DNA of 48,669 nucleotides from contig JAQGDQ010001301.1 of the NCBI GenBank assembly GCA_030141605.1, forward strand, positions 1 to 48,669, read 5' to 3'. The notes beneath the pieces are model-generated. The model saw only the letters and a list, made by a program, of their open reading frames with translations. It was not told where the DNA came from and ran no database searches. Shown piece by piece: positions 14,725 through 30,632 of this stretch. This DNA is from Tubiluchus corallicola. Its lineage: Eukaryota; Animalia; Priapulida. The position numbers were made by a program, and so were the translations under genes. Numbering within the stretch: the first letter of the stretch is position 1; each line of letters opens with the position of its first letter.

Positions 14725-15423
14725 CGCCATCCCAGTGTGCACCACTGGCTCACTAGACAGGACATTGAGTGGAAATACTGTGATCAGTATTAGTTAGAGT
14801 GTTGCAAATTCACTCAAAATAAATAAAATTTATATATATATTGACAATATAAAACAATTTATACTTTTGCTTAGTTAGCTAAGAGTGTGTTGCGCATGCT
14901 CTGATTATTTTTTCAAACTTTATACAATGTCATCTAAACTTGGTTCATATAATTTATAGTCAAAATGGCTGCGCTTAACGGTCTTCATGGGAGTTTAAGG
15001 TTTGTGCAGCGATACTGCTAATACAAGCTCTATATGCAATAAGACATGATTTAAGTGATACAAAATTTCAAGACAATTTTCTTTCAGGATTTGTTTATGA
15101 AACTGTTTTCTTGTGCTTTAACATTCGTACGTTAAATTGAAAATCCGGCATTAATAACAACCTTTAGCCTTATAATTAAGTAAAAGTAACCAACTTGCGT
15201 CGCTTGGATAAATGGATAAATGCATCGCCATCCCAGTGTGCACTACTGGTTCACCAAGAACACACAAGTGTTCTTAATGACAATATAAACTTTTGCTTAG
15301 TGAGCCAAGAGTGTGCTACGGATGCTCTGATGTTTTCTCAAACTTTATGCACTCTTATCTAAACTTGTTTCAAACAAACTGCAGTCAAGATGGCTGCTTC
15401 TAACGGTACCTGTGAGAGTTTAA
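14725..15423 (+). repeat. Two adjacent diverged copies of an unclassified dispersed repeat (third copy at 33860-34235)
   Basis: Shared GCCATCCCAGTGTGCAC...ATGCTCTGAT..CAAACTTTA..TCTAAACTTG..ATGGCTGC..GAGTTTAA; copies at about 14725-15150 and 15226-15423. Confidence 0.8.
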
Positions 15424-16076
15424 AGGACTACTATACTACCTCATTTTCAATTCCGATAAAAAGTATACATTTTAATACAATTAATAGTGCAAAAGAGTTT
15501 TTGATAATTAAATATTATATTAAAAACTTAATTAACGGCAGGCGAGCCCAAATATTGCTGACATCACAAACTAACATTTTCAACAGAAAAAATATTCCAC
15601 GAGCGTCTTGCACGTGTTTGCGAAAGCGAAGATTGAAGTACAGTGCTACTGTAAGATATTCAGTGTGTTGTACTAAAACTAGGCAAGTTTTAAGATAAAA
15701 ATTCAAATTTCAAATTTACCGCTGTATTCATGCATGAGCTGTCGAACGTGTGCAGTTCGTCACAAACTAACACATCTGAACTGAAATGTACAGCGCCTGT
15801 TTTTCGTGCAATGCGTTTCCGAAATTTTCCATTCAGTATTTTAAACAGTAGATTGTTTTGACCTACAGTTCAACATTGGGTCCGGTTTTGCTTTAAATTT
15901 TATGCACCGTGACAACTAATGCAGCTGTTTCTCTCAAAGGAATGACTCCAGCGTACGCAATCTATCAGCACAACAAGAATAACTCCCTACAAAAAGTTAT
16001 GACATCAAGATATGTTCACGAGATCTCGCGTTGGCTAACAAAAACGCGTAGATTCATTTTTTCAGGTTCTTGTCCT
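15424..16076 (+). mobile_element. Non-autonomous DNA element with TTAA-AGGAC...GTCCT-TTAA termini (Kolobok- or Crypton-like)
   Basis: TTAA at 15420-15423 and 16077-16080; short TIR AGGAC/GTCCT; partial copies at 7127, 10420 and 38374. Confidence 0.65.
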
Positions 16077-16189
16077 TTAACTAGCAGGATTTCGTTAACA
16101 AACCGAGCTGGCCAAATAAAAAACGAAAGAAATTAATGACTGGATCCGGATTCAAAAAACCGGTTTTCTTTAGTTTAATAGCTATTAAA

Positions 16190-16440
16190 GCGTCACGTGA
16201 TCGCAGCCATCTTAGGTTGGGAAATTCTACAGTAGAAATTTCAATTTACGAGTTCGAAAAATTATTTCATGAGAACAGAACTAATCTCAAAGTTTCAAAT
16301 TAGTAAAATGTGTCTTTCCATCAAACGTTTTCGTATTATGGTTGATTTTTGATAAAAACATTTGAATAATATAATATTTTACATAAACTGTTTTTACTAA
16401 TTTTATATCGTCTTTTTTAATCTTCTTTTGCTTATTATTT
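16190..16440 (+). repeat. Dispersed repeat with a diverged copy at 19038-19320
   Basis: Both read GTCACGTGA..GCAGCCATCTTAG.TTGGGAAATT...AAGTTTCAAATTAG...TTTTGATAAAAA...AACTGTTTTTACTA. Confidence 0.75.
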
Positions 16441-16615
16441 AATTTTCAATTTAAAAAAAAGATTCGTTAATTTGCTAGTTAAATGGCTGCTCAGTATAAT
16501 TATAGTTATATATATATATATATGTGTTATAGTATAGTTATATATGTACATAATATATATATATATATATATATACTATATACTATAATATGTATATAAT
16601 ATATATATATATATA

Positions 16616-18578
<1,963 letters not shown>

Positions 18579-19037
18579 CTTGACTAAATCCCGACTCTCT
18601 TACACAAATTCTTCTGAAATCAGTGCAATTAAAATGGCTTCGTCAACGTGGCAACATCCGAGGGCCAATCAATAAAACGGATACCTCGTAACACCAGACA
18701 ATCTTGCAAGCTTATTGAGGATGGCCCAACAAATCTCTTCCCCGTCACATCATTGTGACACAAGCTCTGTGTGTGTGGAAGAGGCTGCGGGTGATCAAGC
18801 TTTGATAATTGCTTCAAACAAAACTGTGTGTTTTTATCTACGCTGACGACACGCCGGGACTGCTGGGCAAAAACTGTTCATAGTTCGATAGTTCGATATT
18901 TGTTTCGATATTTTTCTTAATACGTTTTCAAACTAAACTAAAAAATTAATGTTTGTCAACACTTATGACAAAAGAGAAATAACAAGGCAATTTTTTTACT
19001 TATTAGCCAGTTTTCTTTAGTTTAATAAGTGAGATAG

Positions 19038-19380
19038 TGTCACGTGACTGCAGCCATCTTAGATTGGGAAATTTTGTTGTAGTAAAGAATTTGGGCTATT
19101 GCAGGAATTTCAACATAAGTATTCGAAAATCATTTAATCAGTAGGCCTACATTGAACTTACCTCTAAGTTTCAAATTAGAAAGAATTGTTTTGCTATCAA
19201 ACATTTTTTCGTTTTCGTATGAACGTTGAATTTTGATAAAAATATCTGAACAATATAGTAGTTTACATCAACTGTTTTTACTAGTTTATCTTGTATTTTT
19301 TAAACTATTGCTTATTATCTTTTCAGTTATCTTGTATTTTTAAAACTATTGCTTATTATCTTTTCAGTTATCTTGTTTTT
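19038..19380 (+). repeat. Second copy of the 16190 repeat, with a terminal ~41-bp tandem duplication
   Basis: See 16190; TTATCTTGTATTTTT.AAACTATTGCTTATTATCTTTTCAG is repeated. Confidence 0.75.
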
Positions 19381-20064
19381 TATATTTTTTACGCTGGAAT
19401 TTTAGTGATTTTACGTAGCCATAATTAAAAATCATATGACCCGCTAGTTGGTTTTTGTGTTGGATTCTCAATTAGAGCCACTGGGCTTAACTAAGCTTTG
19501 GTTTTCTCGGTTAAACAAGATTACGACGCAGTAACTTCATCCACACACAGATTCCGTTAAGAATTTACACCAGTCGAGTAACGAATCGGCGACTTGTTTT
19601 AACTCTGTGACGAATCAGTGACTCGTTTTAGCTTTTGTGTTACGGTTTAGTGTGATCAAAGTCTTTAACTTTTTCTCATTTTAACGTGTGACAAAACTGC
19701 TGCAGCTAGAAAACGAAAATTTCTTCCGATCCTCGCGAAAGACGGCGCAATTTCTGGTGAATGACTAACCAACCTACTTATCACGAATATGTGATGCAGC
19801 CAGAGGCCAAAGACGGTAAGTAAACAATGAATAAATTTATATGTAATCCTACCAAGTGATACAGTTATTGTGTTTTGGTATAAATTTTCACTATAGCAAA
19901 ACATAGACCTTAGCCTAATAAACGGCTTCCTTTGCTACCCTTTTTCTTGCACCTCTTATTCACCCCTTAATAAATATTTTCTTCCTTTTATATTCGTGTG
20001 CTTTTTTTATGATTAATCAGTTTTATATTTTGTGTAAATGTGCACTAGAAGAGATTAATGAACA

Positions 20065-20285
20065 TGTCTATGTCTATGTCTATCGCTGTGTCCATGTCCA
20101 CGTCCATGGCTATGTCTACGTCTACGTCTACGTCTACGTCTACGTCTACGTCTATGTCTATGTCTATGTCTATGTCTACGTCTATGTCAATGTCTACGTC
20201 TACGTCTACGTCTACGTCTACGTCTACGTCTACGTCTATGTCTATGTCTATGTCTATGTTTATGTCTATGGCTATGGCTATGGCA
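20065..20285. repeat. (GTCTAY)n hexamer microsatellite
   Basis: Direct reading. Confidence 0.95.
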
Positions 20286-21057
20286 TATGTGCTTTGGTAT
20301 AAATTTTCACAATTTTAAATTAACTATATAAAATATTATATAAAGAACAGATCCTTCTTATAACCTGAACTCTCTATTATTAATTTTTGCAGTCTCTGAG
20401 TTAATTATTAAAATAAACTTATTAATTGCGATTAGTGTGTTTTGAGTAATATAGCAGGTGAGAATGCTGGACTGATTGATGAACTGTGTTAATCTTGGTT
20501 CAAATCCTGAAAATGTGCATCTGTAAAATTTTAAAAGTAGGTAACGTAGCCAGTCTTGTCAATTTCACTATGCCGAATCTGAAGAATTTACCCGTCAAGA
20601 AATTAAGTGGAAAGGGATTAAAAACGGAAAAAACAAAATGGCTGCAAAGTTTTTATACAAACTACGTAATTTAAGAGAAATTTCGAGAAAATTAGCATTA
20701 AGAAAATGTTATGACATGTATTCCAAAGTATTTGACGTAGGGAATCGAATCTCTGATAATTTAACTTTCTAAAATGGCCGCCATTTTCAAAATGGCCGAC
20801 ACTAGAATAGAAGAAAACAGGGTGTTCACATTTCGGTAATCTCTGGTTCTGTTCCCTACTTATCACCGACATTTTTTCCTGTCAGGTTTAGTTTAAAGAC
20901 TTGATGATGTAGACTCTTATGTTAATCTAATCTTAAAACTTAGATCGTAAATACTTACTTGAATAACATAGCTATTTTGTCACTAAAGTTCTTACTCTAG
21001 TCACTAGGAAATCCTGAAACTACCATGCGCTTTTAAGAACATATAAGTTATATATAC

Positions 21058-21290
21058 ATAGATATATAGATATAGATATAGATATAGATATAGATATAGA
21101 TATAGATATAGATATAGATATAGATATAGATATAGATATAGATATAGATATAGATATAGATATAGATATAGATATAGATATAGATATAGATATAGATATA
21201 GATATAGATATAGATATAGATATAGATATAGATATAGATATAGATATAGATATAGATATAGATATAGATATAGATATAGATATAGATATA
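21058..21290. repeat. (TAGATA)n hexamer microsatellite
   Basis: Direct reading. Confidence 0.97.
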
Positions 21291-21354
21291 ATTCTACATA
21301 AAAATATTCAGGTTTGCATATATAATTATACTAAATATAAAAAATATCATACAA

Positions 21355-21840
21355 ATATATATATATATATATATATATATCATTTATTCGTACTGGTGGT
21401 ACAATCACATCAAATAAACAAACAGATCAACAAGCAAAATAACATTAATTAACAAGATTAGTAAACAATGTGAATATATACAATTAAGTGAGAGTAAGAT
21501 ATGTTATTATGACGTACAACTCATTCCTGTCAAAAAATCAAAACAATTACGTTCTAGAGCCCATATAACTTCTTTAATAAAATTTACAGTCCGTATTTGT
21601 TCATCGCTAGCATTATCTCTTACATCTAATGTGTAAGAAAAAACTTTAGAAATAAAATTTTCATTTGTGTAAAAAATTTTGTACTCATTACAAATAGATG
21701 ACAAATAATAGCCAATTACAGAAGAGGCCTGAAATCGAGAATTATGTGCAAAGAAATTGGCTATATGATTTTCACTATGTAAGCAACTATGGTAAAATTT
21801 AACAAATCGTTTTTAACTGTTTGAGTGGCGGAATAATATC
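21355..21840 (-). mobile_element. RTE-X-like LINE 3' end
   Basis: Minus strand reads RFVKFYHSCLHSENHIA...SSVIGYYLSSICNEYKI...VNFIKEVI; AATAAA near 21383-21388, then (AT)n. Confidence 0.65.
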
Positions 21841-21949
21841 ACATATAAAAGAAAGACTGTATAAAAATATATAAAATAATATAAAAATTAATATAAAATG
21901 AAATAATATAAAATAATAATATAAAAGAAAGACTGTGTGAATCTGTGTG

Positions 21950-22632
21950 ATCTAAACAGCAAATTCCAAAGTTCTTATTTCTTACTTATGGAGTTTTTAC
22001 TTCAAAATAAAGTGTCAAAATCTACTACATCAACTTTGTTATCACCACGTCTGTACAGCCAATATAATTTACTTGTCTGTTAAAACTGTTAAAGTGAAAG
22101 AAATATATGACATGTATTGTCTCCATTTCATGTATCAGTATCATAATTCACTACTTCCACCAGCTTTTCAGTCATACTTTAGTCCAGTTTCAAATCAACA
22201 TGATCATTACACAAGATATTCAGTCGGAAACTATGTACTCCCTCTTCCAAAAACAAATATAATGAAACAGTCATCAAAATATAATGCTATTCAAATATGG
22301 TCATCAATTCCGCATGAAATGAAAACTCTTAATCTTTATCAATTTAAAAAAGCATCAAAGAATTACCTACTACAACGGTATAATTAACTCACAATTTTAC
22401 TCATCCTGATCTTAAGTTACTAACAAAACTTATTTTGTTCTAATGTACGTTATAACTGATGAAAATGTAATGTTAATTGTCAATTGTTTCACTTATCTGG
22501 AGGAGGACTCGAAAGCTCAATGCTCCTTCCCCCTCCTCACAGTAACACGCTTAGTTTATTTTCAATGTAATAACAATTTGTATGTTTGAGTTGCTGTGGA
22601 ATAAATTCATAATTCATAATAATAATTCATAA
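21950..22632 (+). mobile_element. CR1/L2-group LINE 3' end
   Basis: FMYQYHNSLLPPAFQSYF..HDHYTR..LPLPKTNIMKQS..IQIWSSIP..YQFKKASKNYLL, stop at 22387; GAGGAGG..CCCCCTC-type stem-loop near 22500-22540; AATAAA plus (TTCATAA) tail. Confidence 0.9.
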
Positions 22633-23204
22633 CATGGTAAACACATTACTGAGAATTCGTTGTTTTAACTTCTATCTTGCAGGTAATGGCGAGTATTAGA
22701 AGTGTGACTGCATCACTAGAATCATTTGTAGCTGGACAACCAGTCCCAGCTAACCGATTAATGGATGTCATTCAAGGAAACGAGAATAGTCACCAAGATA
22801 ATAGAATAACAAGTAGGTTTAAATTTTTGTTTCTTTATTTCGTGTATCAAAGTGTACAGAATATTTGATTAGTATGTAAACAGAAAATTAACATACAGAG
22901 TTTATTAATTTATAGTGGATAGCTATATGATTATTAAACAACATTCATACTAAACTTTTAACGGATGATGTTCGGATTATCAATATTATAATCCTCAGTT
23001 TGCATCTCCAACATTTATGTAACTCAAATGTGACAAAATCTGTAACATAATTAACAGCTTCTGCGCGCTCTTAGCTTCAACTTTCCACAAGCCACCACAG
23101 CAGAATTTAGCAGAATTTTTCCATAGAAGTGCATGAAAGGTATATAATCTGCATACAGAACAGTTGCCAAAAGTATCTGCCACAGCTCATGTGACATCTA
23201 ACTC

Positions 23205-23650
23205 TAAACTTTCGTTCATTTATATACAGTACATACAAGACAGGAGCTAACACTCCTCCTTGCTTTGCTCCTGCTTTGATACCAAATTCGTTAATGCAGC
23301 TATTTTAAAATATTTTTAAACTTTCGCTGATTTATATACAGTACATACAAGACAGGAGCTAACACTCCTCCTTGCTTTGCTCCTGCTTTGATACCAAATT
23401 CGTTAATGCAGCTATTTTAAAATATTTTTAAACTTTCGCTGATTTATATACAGTACATACAAGACAGGAGCTAACACTCCTCCTTGCTTTGCTCCTGCTT
23501 TGATGCAAAATTCGTTAATGCAGCTATTTTAAAATATTTTTAAACTTTCGCTGATTTATATACAGTACATACAAGACAGGAGCTAACACTCCTTCTTGCT
23601 TTACCTCTGCTCTGTACAAAATTCGTTAATACAAATATTTTAAAATATTT
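23205..23650. repeat. Tandem repeat, 4 x 112 bp
   Basis: Units start at 23205, 23317, 23429 and 23541. Confidence 0.95.
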
Positions 23651-23892
23651 GTAATTTAAAAACTCTAAACAGTCAATCTAGAGTGACAACAGCCAACAGT
23701 TCTTGAATTAAGTAATTTTCTCCCCCGTCTGCGTTTTTTCTTTATATTTTGTTCATAATTTAAACATTCAATTTGGTGATGCAGTTTCGGAACGAATCGT
23801 AATATCAATCAAGCATTTAAAACATAAAGCGTTCTTTTTATTTTGTTTATTTCGTTTTTATACAAATTTCCCCAAACTATGGCCACGGCTGC

Positions 23893-24526
23893 TTAAGGTA
23901 TAGGTTAAGGTATAGGTTAAGGTAAAGGTTAAGGTAACGGTTAAGATAAAGGTAAAAGTAAAGGTTAACGTAAAGATTAAGGTAAAGGTAAAAGTAAAGG
24001 TTAAGGTAAAGTTAAGGTAAAGGTAAAAGTAAAGGTTAAGGTAAAAGGTAAAGGTAAAGGTAAAAGTAAAGGTGAAGGTAAAGGTAAAGGTAAAGGTAAA
24101 GGTAAAGGTAAATGTAAAGGTAAAGGTAAAGGTAAAGGTAAAGGTAAAAGTAAAGGTAAAAGTAAAGGTTAAGGTAAAGGTAAAGGTAAAGGTAAAGGTA
24201 AAGGTAAAGGTAAAGGTAAAGGTAAAGGTAAAGGTAAAAGTAAAGGTTAAGGTAAAGGTAAAGGTAAAGGTAAAATTAAAAGTAAAGGTAAAAGTAAAGG
24301 TTAAGGTAAAGGTTAAGGTAAAGGTAAAATTAAAAGTAAAGGTAAAAGTAAAGGTAAAAGTAAAAGTAAAAGTAAAAGTAAAGGTTAAGGTAAAGCTTAA
24401 GGTAAAGGTAAAGGTTAAGGTAAAGATTAAGGTAAAGGTAAAAGTAAAGGTTAAGGTAAAGCTTAAGGTAAAGGTAAAGGTTAAGGTAAAGGTAAAAGTA
24501 AAGGTCTTAGGTAAAGGTAAAAGTAA
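23893..24526. repeat. (AAGGTA)n-type hexamer microsatellite
   Basis: Direct reading; explains the poly-VK ORF. Confidence 0.95.
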
Positions 24527-24659
24527 ATTATCAGTATTACCAGATAAGTAAAATATGTGTAAAACTAATTTGTCAGTAATGGAACAAATCTGCCGACGAG
24601 GCCATTTGGGCGAAAGCTCCTGAAATGAATAAACGATCTGTTGTGATACTATAAAGGGA

Positions 24660-25227
<568 letters not shown>

Positions 25228-25699
25228 CATTCGATGTTCCACCTGAGTTGGGAGCGGTTGAAACCGCCAGGGAAACAAATTGTGCTAAAGAATTGCACAG
25301 ATAAGAAGCCCGTGCAAATAAATGAATTTTAATCAGACTAGTGTAATTTTCTAATCGTTAAAAACAAGTTTTTGCAGCTATCCAACAAATGTGATAATAA
25401 TTAAAAAGGGACAACCGTAAAATGTTGTCATATCAGTTTGCGTACATCAGCTTAGAAAGGTTTAAGAATGTTATTATGAAAAACATAATATACCGTACAA
25501 AGACTCTACTGAAGAGTCTATGTGCAACCTAAGTACTACTATATCCAAACACAATGTACAAACCTACAAAGCCAGAAAGATCAGGTTGGGCACTTTCCAA
25601 AAATGGCGAATAAATAATCAAGGCACAGAAGCTCAGCCAAACAAAATGTATAAAATGCAACGTGTTCTTATGTTTGCAACAAGATCGTAATTGCTTCTT

Positions 25700-25785
25700 G
25701 AGATTCCACGTGTAAATTCCATGTTGAGATTCCACATGTAAATTCCATGTCGAGATTCCACATGTAAATTCCATGTCGAGATTCC
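25700..25785. repeat. Minisatellite, about 3.3 x 26 bp
   Basis: GAGATTCCACRTGTAAATTCCATGTY starts at 25700, 25726, 25752 and 25778. Confidence 0.9.
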
Positions 25786-25894
25786 TCATAAGTCAGAATT
25801 TTGTAATAAAATTTCAGGACTTTATTAAATGTATTGAATAAACTTCAGATTTCCAAATATACAGCATTTGTTTTCCTTTTGTCATGATTAGCAA

Positions 25895-26353
25895 CCATTG
25901 AATCCCAGTGTATCCCGTGGGATACGAGAATATTTTCTGCCTTTAAAATTAATAAAATTTTAAAACTGACAGTTATTTGATCTGTTAATAGTTATTTTGA
26001 TTTAATCCAATAACAATAGACTAAAAATGGTGATAAAATGGCAAACTAGAAAATCTACGTAGCATAAAAAACTGTGCAAGGTACAGTACTTTAGAGACGA
26101 CTTTGTACAGATCAGCATAGCATGCACACTAAATGTGTTAAATACTTTAAAAAATTATCAGCAGTTGCAAAATGAAACACATTTTATGCTTCAATTGAAT
26201 CCCAATTTATCCCGTGGGATACAGGCTATAATTAGCACGCGGGCACAGCTAGAAAAAAATTATTATTATGTGCAAACAAGATGGACATACTGAACAAAAG
26301 TACCAAGCCAAAATATTTTTTCTTATTAAAAAAATAATTTAGGACTGAAAGGG
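25895..26353 (-). mobile_element. piggyBac-type MITE copy 2, with one TIR missing and rearranged
   Basis: Reverse complement of copy 1; TGAAAGGG-TTAA at 26346-26357; the other end is replaced by internal sequence. Confidence 0.9.
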
Positions 26354-27094
26354 TTAATTAAGCATGATCCAAATTTTTAATTGTTATCAAGTTAATGTTG
26401 TCACAGGGTATGGTGTGACGTCACAAAAACAGTATTACCAGATGAATAAAATTAACATGGCTACTGCTGGATTCTTTACTACAAATAGCTAACGCGTCCC
26501 TACCATTTAGACCACGACATTATAGCGTAAATGTCATTTCTCACTTTAAATACGGACCAATAACAATAAATCACCGCGGCTGAACGATACTGATGGTTCT
26601 CTGACGTCTTCACTCGTTTAAACAGCCCTTATCAACGAATGTTTACTCGTCGATTTGACGATTCTGATCTTTTCTGTTGCCCAAATGATGCTTACATTAA
26701 AGTACAATGAGATAGCCAGCAAGAAACTTGACTTGAATTGACTCTGATACGGTAAATGCTGTTCGGTTCACAATATGTGCAAAATACTGAGTTATTTTAA
26801 TTCAGCTACAGTGCAAGCACCTTTGCTTAAGATATATTTTAATGCAGAAAGATGTTCAAATTATTAAAAAAAATGATTCTACTCCTCAATTTCCCAGTTT
26901 TATTCCAGACTTTCCAAACGGGAGTATATTTGCAACACTCAAACACAGCTGCAAAAACACTGACAAATTTTTATAACCACAATTATTCTGCACTGTTCTA
27001 TCGTGTTTATAAAATTTTTAAGCTTATTCTTCTCATTTCCTCGTACTTCTTTTGGATTGCGTATTGAGTTTGTCCAATAGCACGGCAGCGGCAG

Positions 27095-27149
27095 CTGTTG
27101 TTATTGTTGTTGTTGTTGTTGTCGTTGTTTTTGTTGTTGTTGCTGGTGC

Positions 27150-27216
<67 letters not shown>

Positions 27217-27255
27217 ACTGTTGTTGTTGTTACTGTTGTTGTCGTTATTGTCGTT

Positions 27256-27286
<31 letters not shown>

Positions 27287-27399
27287 TCGTTGTTGTTGTT
27301 GTTGTCGTCGTCGTCGTTGCTGCTGCTGTTGCTGCTGCAGATGGTGGTGATGATGATGTTACTCACAGCAAGAATTCCCATTCTTCCTTAAAAATCAAT
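27095..27399 (-). repeat. Microsatellite-bearing repeat copy 2
   Basis: Inverted relative to 24660-25227 and lacks the (CTA)n block. Confidence 0.85.
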
Positions 27400-27879
27400 T
27401 GAAGAAGTCAAGCAGAATAATACAGTCGTCCTAAGCAAAATTCTGCAAAAGCCGAAATATCATTGCGCAAATATGGAAAAATTATCTTTTCGAATGTTGA
27501 AAATCATTTTGGAAACAACAATTCTATTGCCACTGAAAAAAGCCAGCGTTTATTTCTCATTCTCATTTAAGAACAAGCTAAAACATCTCATTAACGCAAA
27601 GACCAGCAGGTGGATTTGGGGAATTTTCCTTTCATATCCACTAATTTCCGATTATTGATTAACCTGTTCAATAATTTCCGCTTCGGTATTGCTCGACTGA
27701 TTCGATATTTCCGCTTGTTCGTTTAGTGAAGGCTGTAAATAACGTCTGTAATGAACAAAAAGAAACCAGTCTTGGATAGTCATTAATATTTGTTTTATTA
27801 TGGCATGCGTCTGCGTCTTGCAGGGGAGTCACTATAATGAAGATGTGCAAGCGTAGAGAGGGAGAAAGAATTGATGGGC

Positions 27880-28487
<608 letters not shown>

Positions 28488-28970
28488 CGCACCTGCACCC
28501 CTGTACCGGGTCATAGATACCAAAATTATACCCCAGAAGCTCTGGAAGCTGCCCTACATGCCGTCAAGAATACCAACAGGACAATCAGCGCAGCGGCGAG
28601 GCAATTCGGAGTTCCAAGAAAGACCCTTTCTGACAAACTCTCAGGAAGTCATCCGCGGAAGACCGGAGGTCAGCCAGTGTTCTCCGCCGCCGAGGAGCAC
28701 GAAATCGCCAACACACTCCAAGTGGCCGCTGAGTGGGGGTTCCCAATGACTGCCACCAATCTCCGACTACTGATTAAGAGTGTTCTTGACGCGAAGGGAA
28801 TCCAGGAACGACGATTCAAGGCAAACACCCCTGGAATAGACTTTGTCAAATCATTCGCCGGAAGGAACAATCTGGTTTTCAGAGTGGCTGGCAACACCAA
28901 GGCCGACCGCGATAAGATCAGTGCACAAGACGTTCAAGCCTTCCTTGCCAACGTAGAAGTTTCTATTTGA
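28488..28970 (+). pseudogene. N-terminal DNA-binding part of a pogo/Tigger/Fot1-like transposase (pipsqueak HTH plus CENP-B-type HTH); no ATG and no DDE domain
   Basis: 160 stop-free codons: YTPEALEAALHAVK...ISAAARQFGVPRKTLSDK (psq HTH) and PVFSAAEEHEIA...EWGFPMT..LR...FKANTPGIDFVKSF (CENP-B-type HTH); GC-rich relative to flanks. Confidence 0.85.
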
Positions 28971-29234
28971 AAACTAAAACTAGACATTTTTCATAATTTT
29001 TTCATAGGGTGGCGAACTCACCCCCAACCAGCCAACCACAACCAGTTAACTTCAGCTGCCTAGAATGGCATTAATTAGTTTTAAATTGTTAGTGGCGAAT
29101 TCACCCCACGATAGTGGTTCATTCGAAAGGCAATATAAAGCTTGAACTAAGAAAATCGGTTGGGTAATTCTCTTGCTATGGCAGGAAACGTAAAAAATAC
29201 CCCTAAAAAGTGGCGAACTCACCGCGTTTTACGG
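28488..29234 (+). mobile_element. Internally deleted pogo-like DNA transposon with its right end preserved
   Basis: Three GTGGCGAAYTCACC motifs (29009, 29092, 29210); terminus ...CGCGTTTTACGG followed by TA (29235-29236); no left TIR found. Confidence 0.8.
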
Positions 29235-29477
29235 TATTTTATCTCTATGCGTCTCAACACTCTGCCAAGATTACACATGGCATGACTGTCACATTAAATG
29301 TTTTTATTCAGAAACGCACATTGTCAGTGACGTCATCACTGTCCAGCCACAAGCAATGATGTCCATTGGGAACGAGGGACAAAACTAATCAGTCCAGCTG
29401 TAATTAAAAGCAGCTCTTGCCAGAATGAACAGAATGAATGAGATGTTCATTAGATGACGTGACGATGAATCTGGGGA

Positions 29478-29548
29478 AAGAGGTAGAGAGAGCGAGAGAG
29501 AGAGGTAGAGAGAGAAAGAGAGAGAGAAAGAGGTAGAGTGAGAAACAG

Positions 29549-29607
<59 letters not shown>

Positions 29608-29649
29608 CAGAGACAGAAGAGACAGAGAAAGAGGTAAAGAGAGAGAGAG

Positions 29650-29699
<50 letters not shown>

Positions 29700-29790
29700 C
29701 AGTGAAAGAGAAAGAGCGAGAGAGAGAAGAGATAAAAAAGGAGAGGTGGGAGAGCCGTAAAGAAGAAGAAAAAGAAGGAGGAAGAGAAAA
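29478..29790. repeat. Degenerate (GA)n tract
   Basis: Direct reading. Confidence 0.9.
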
Positions 29791-30007
29791 AACTGATCAC
29801 ACTAAAGTAAAGACTGTGCTGAGACAATTGAGATGATTGATTACAAAGTTAAGGAACGTTGAGCCTGGTCTGTAAATGGCTTTGTAACCAAGAAAACTAA
29901 ACTCAGTGAAACTACCTCATTAAATTTAAATTCAGAAATTTTAATTATTAGAAAGAAAAAGAACGGAAACTTATTGCTAGAGGAGTCCAGACGCAGAGTA
30001 CGCTTCA

Positions 30008-30235
<228 letters not shown>

Positions 30236-30632
30236 AAAAGAGTCGGTAAAAACCTTATTTTAATTTTTAATGCATGTGTCTTGATGTGTCTTCATATGCC
30301 GACAATTTATGAACTTTATATCGTGCGTATTATTCAATAATTATGTACATGTACACATTAGCATTGTATATAATAAATCTAATCTCAAATCTAATCAGAC
30401 ATGCCACTAGTTTTTTACTGCCTTCTCTCTCTCATTTAGTCAAGATCACCTTCCTATCTGCGTTCCATTCTTTCTCATAATCCCGCTATGAATTGCCTGG
30501 CAAATCTCAGATAAAAAGAAACCTTATCCTAACCGCGGCCATTAAATACGCATTTTGATGTCATAACGAGAGCCATTATCATGGATGATTGTCTCTTCAA
30601 GCATTGTATTTTCCACAACAGTTGGTCCACAC

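Noticed and set aside
20771-20800. AAAATGGCCGCCATTTT palindrome as a YY1 promoter element
   Set aside because: Such motifs are common inside non-autonomous DNA transposons; no promoter context, and I could not define element ends.
23893-24526. Interstitial telomere or poly-VK protein
   Set aside because: The unit is AAGGTA/AAGGTT, not TTAGGG or TTAGG, and the ORF is a repeat artefact.
24532-24553. CAGTATTACCAGAT shared with 26430, as a miR-8/200-family gene
   Set aside because: Only a seed-length resemblance and no precursor hairpin; more likely a short repeat remnant.
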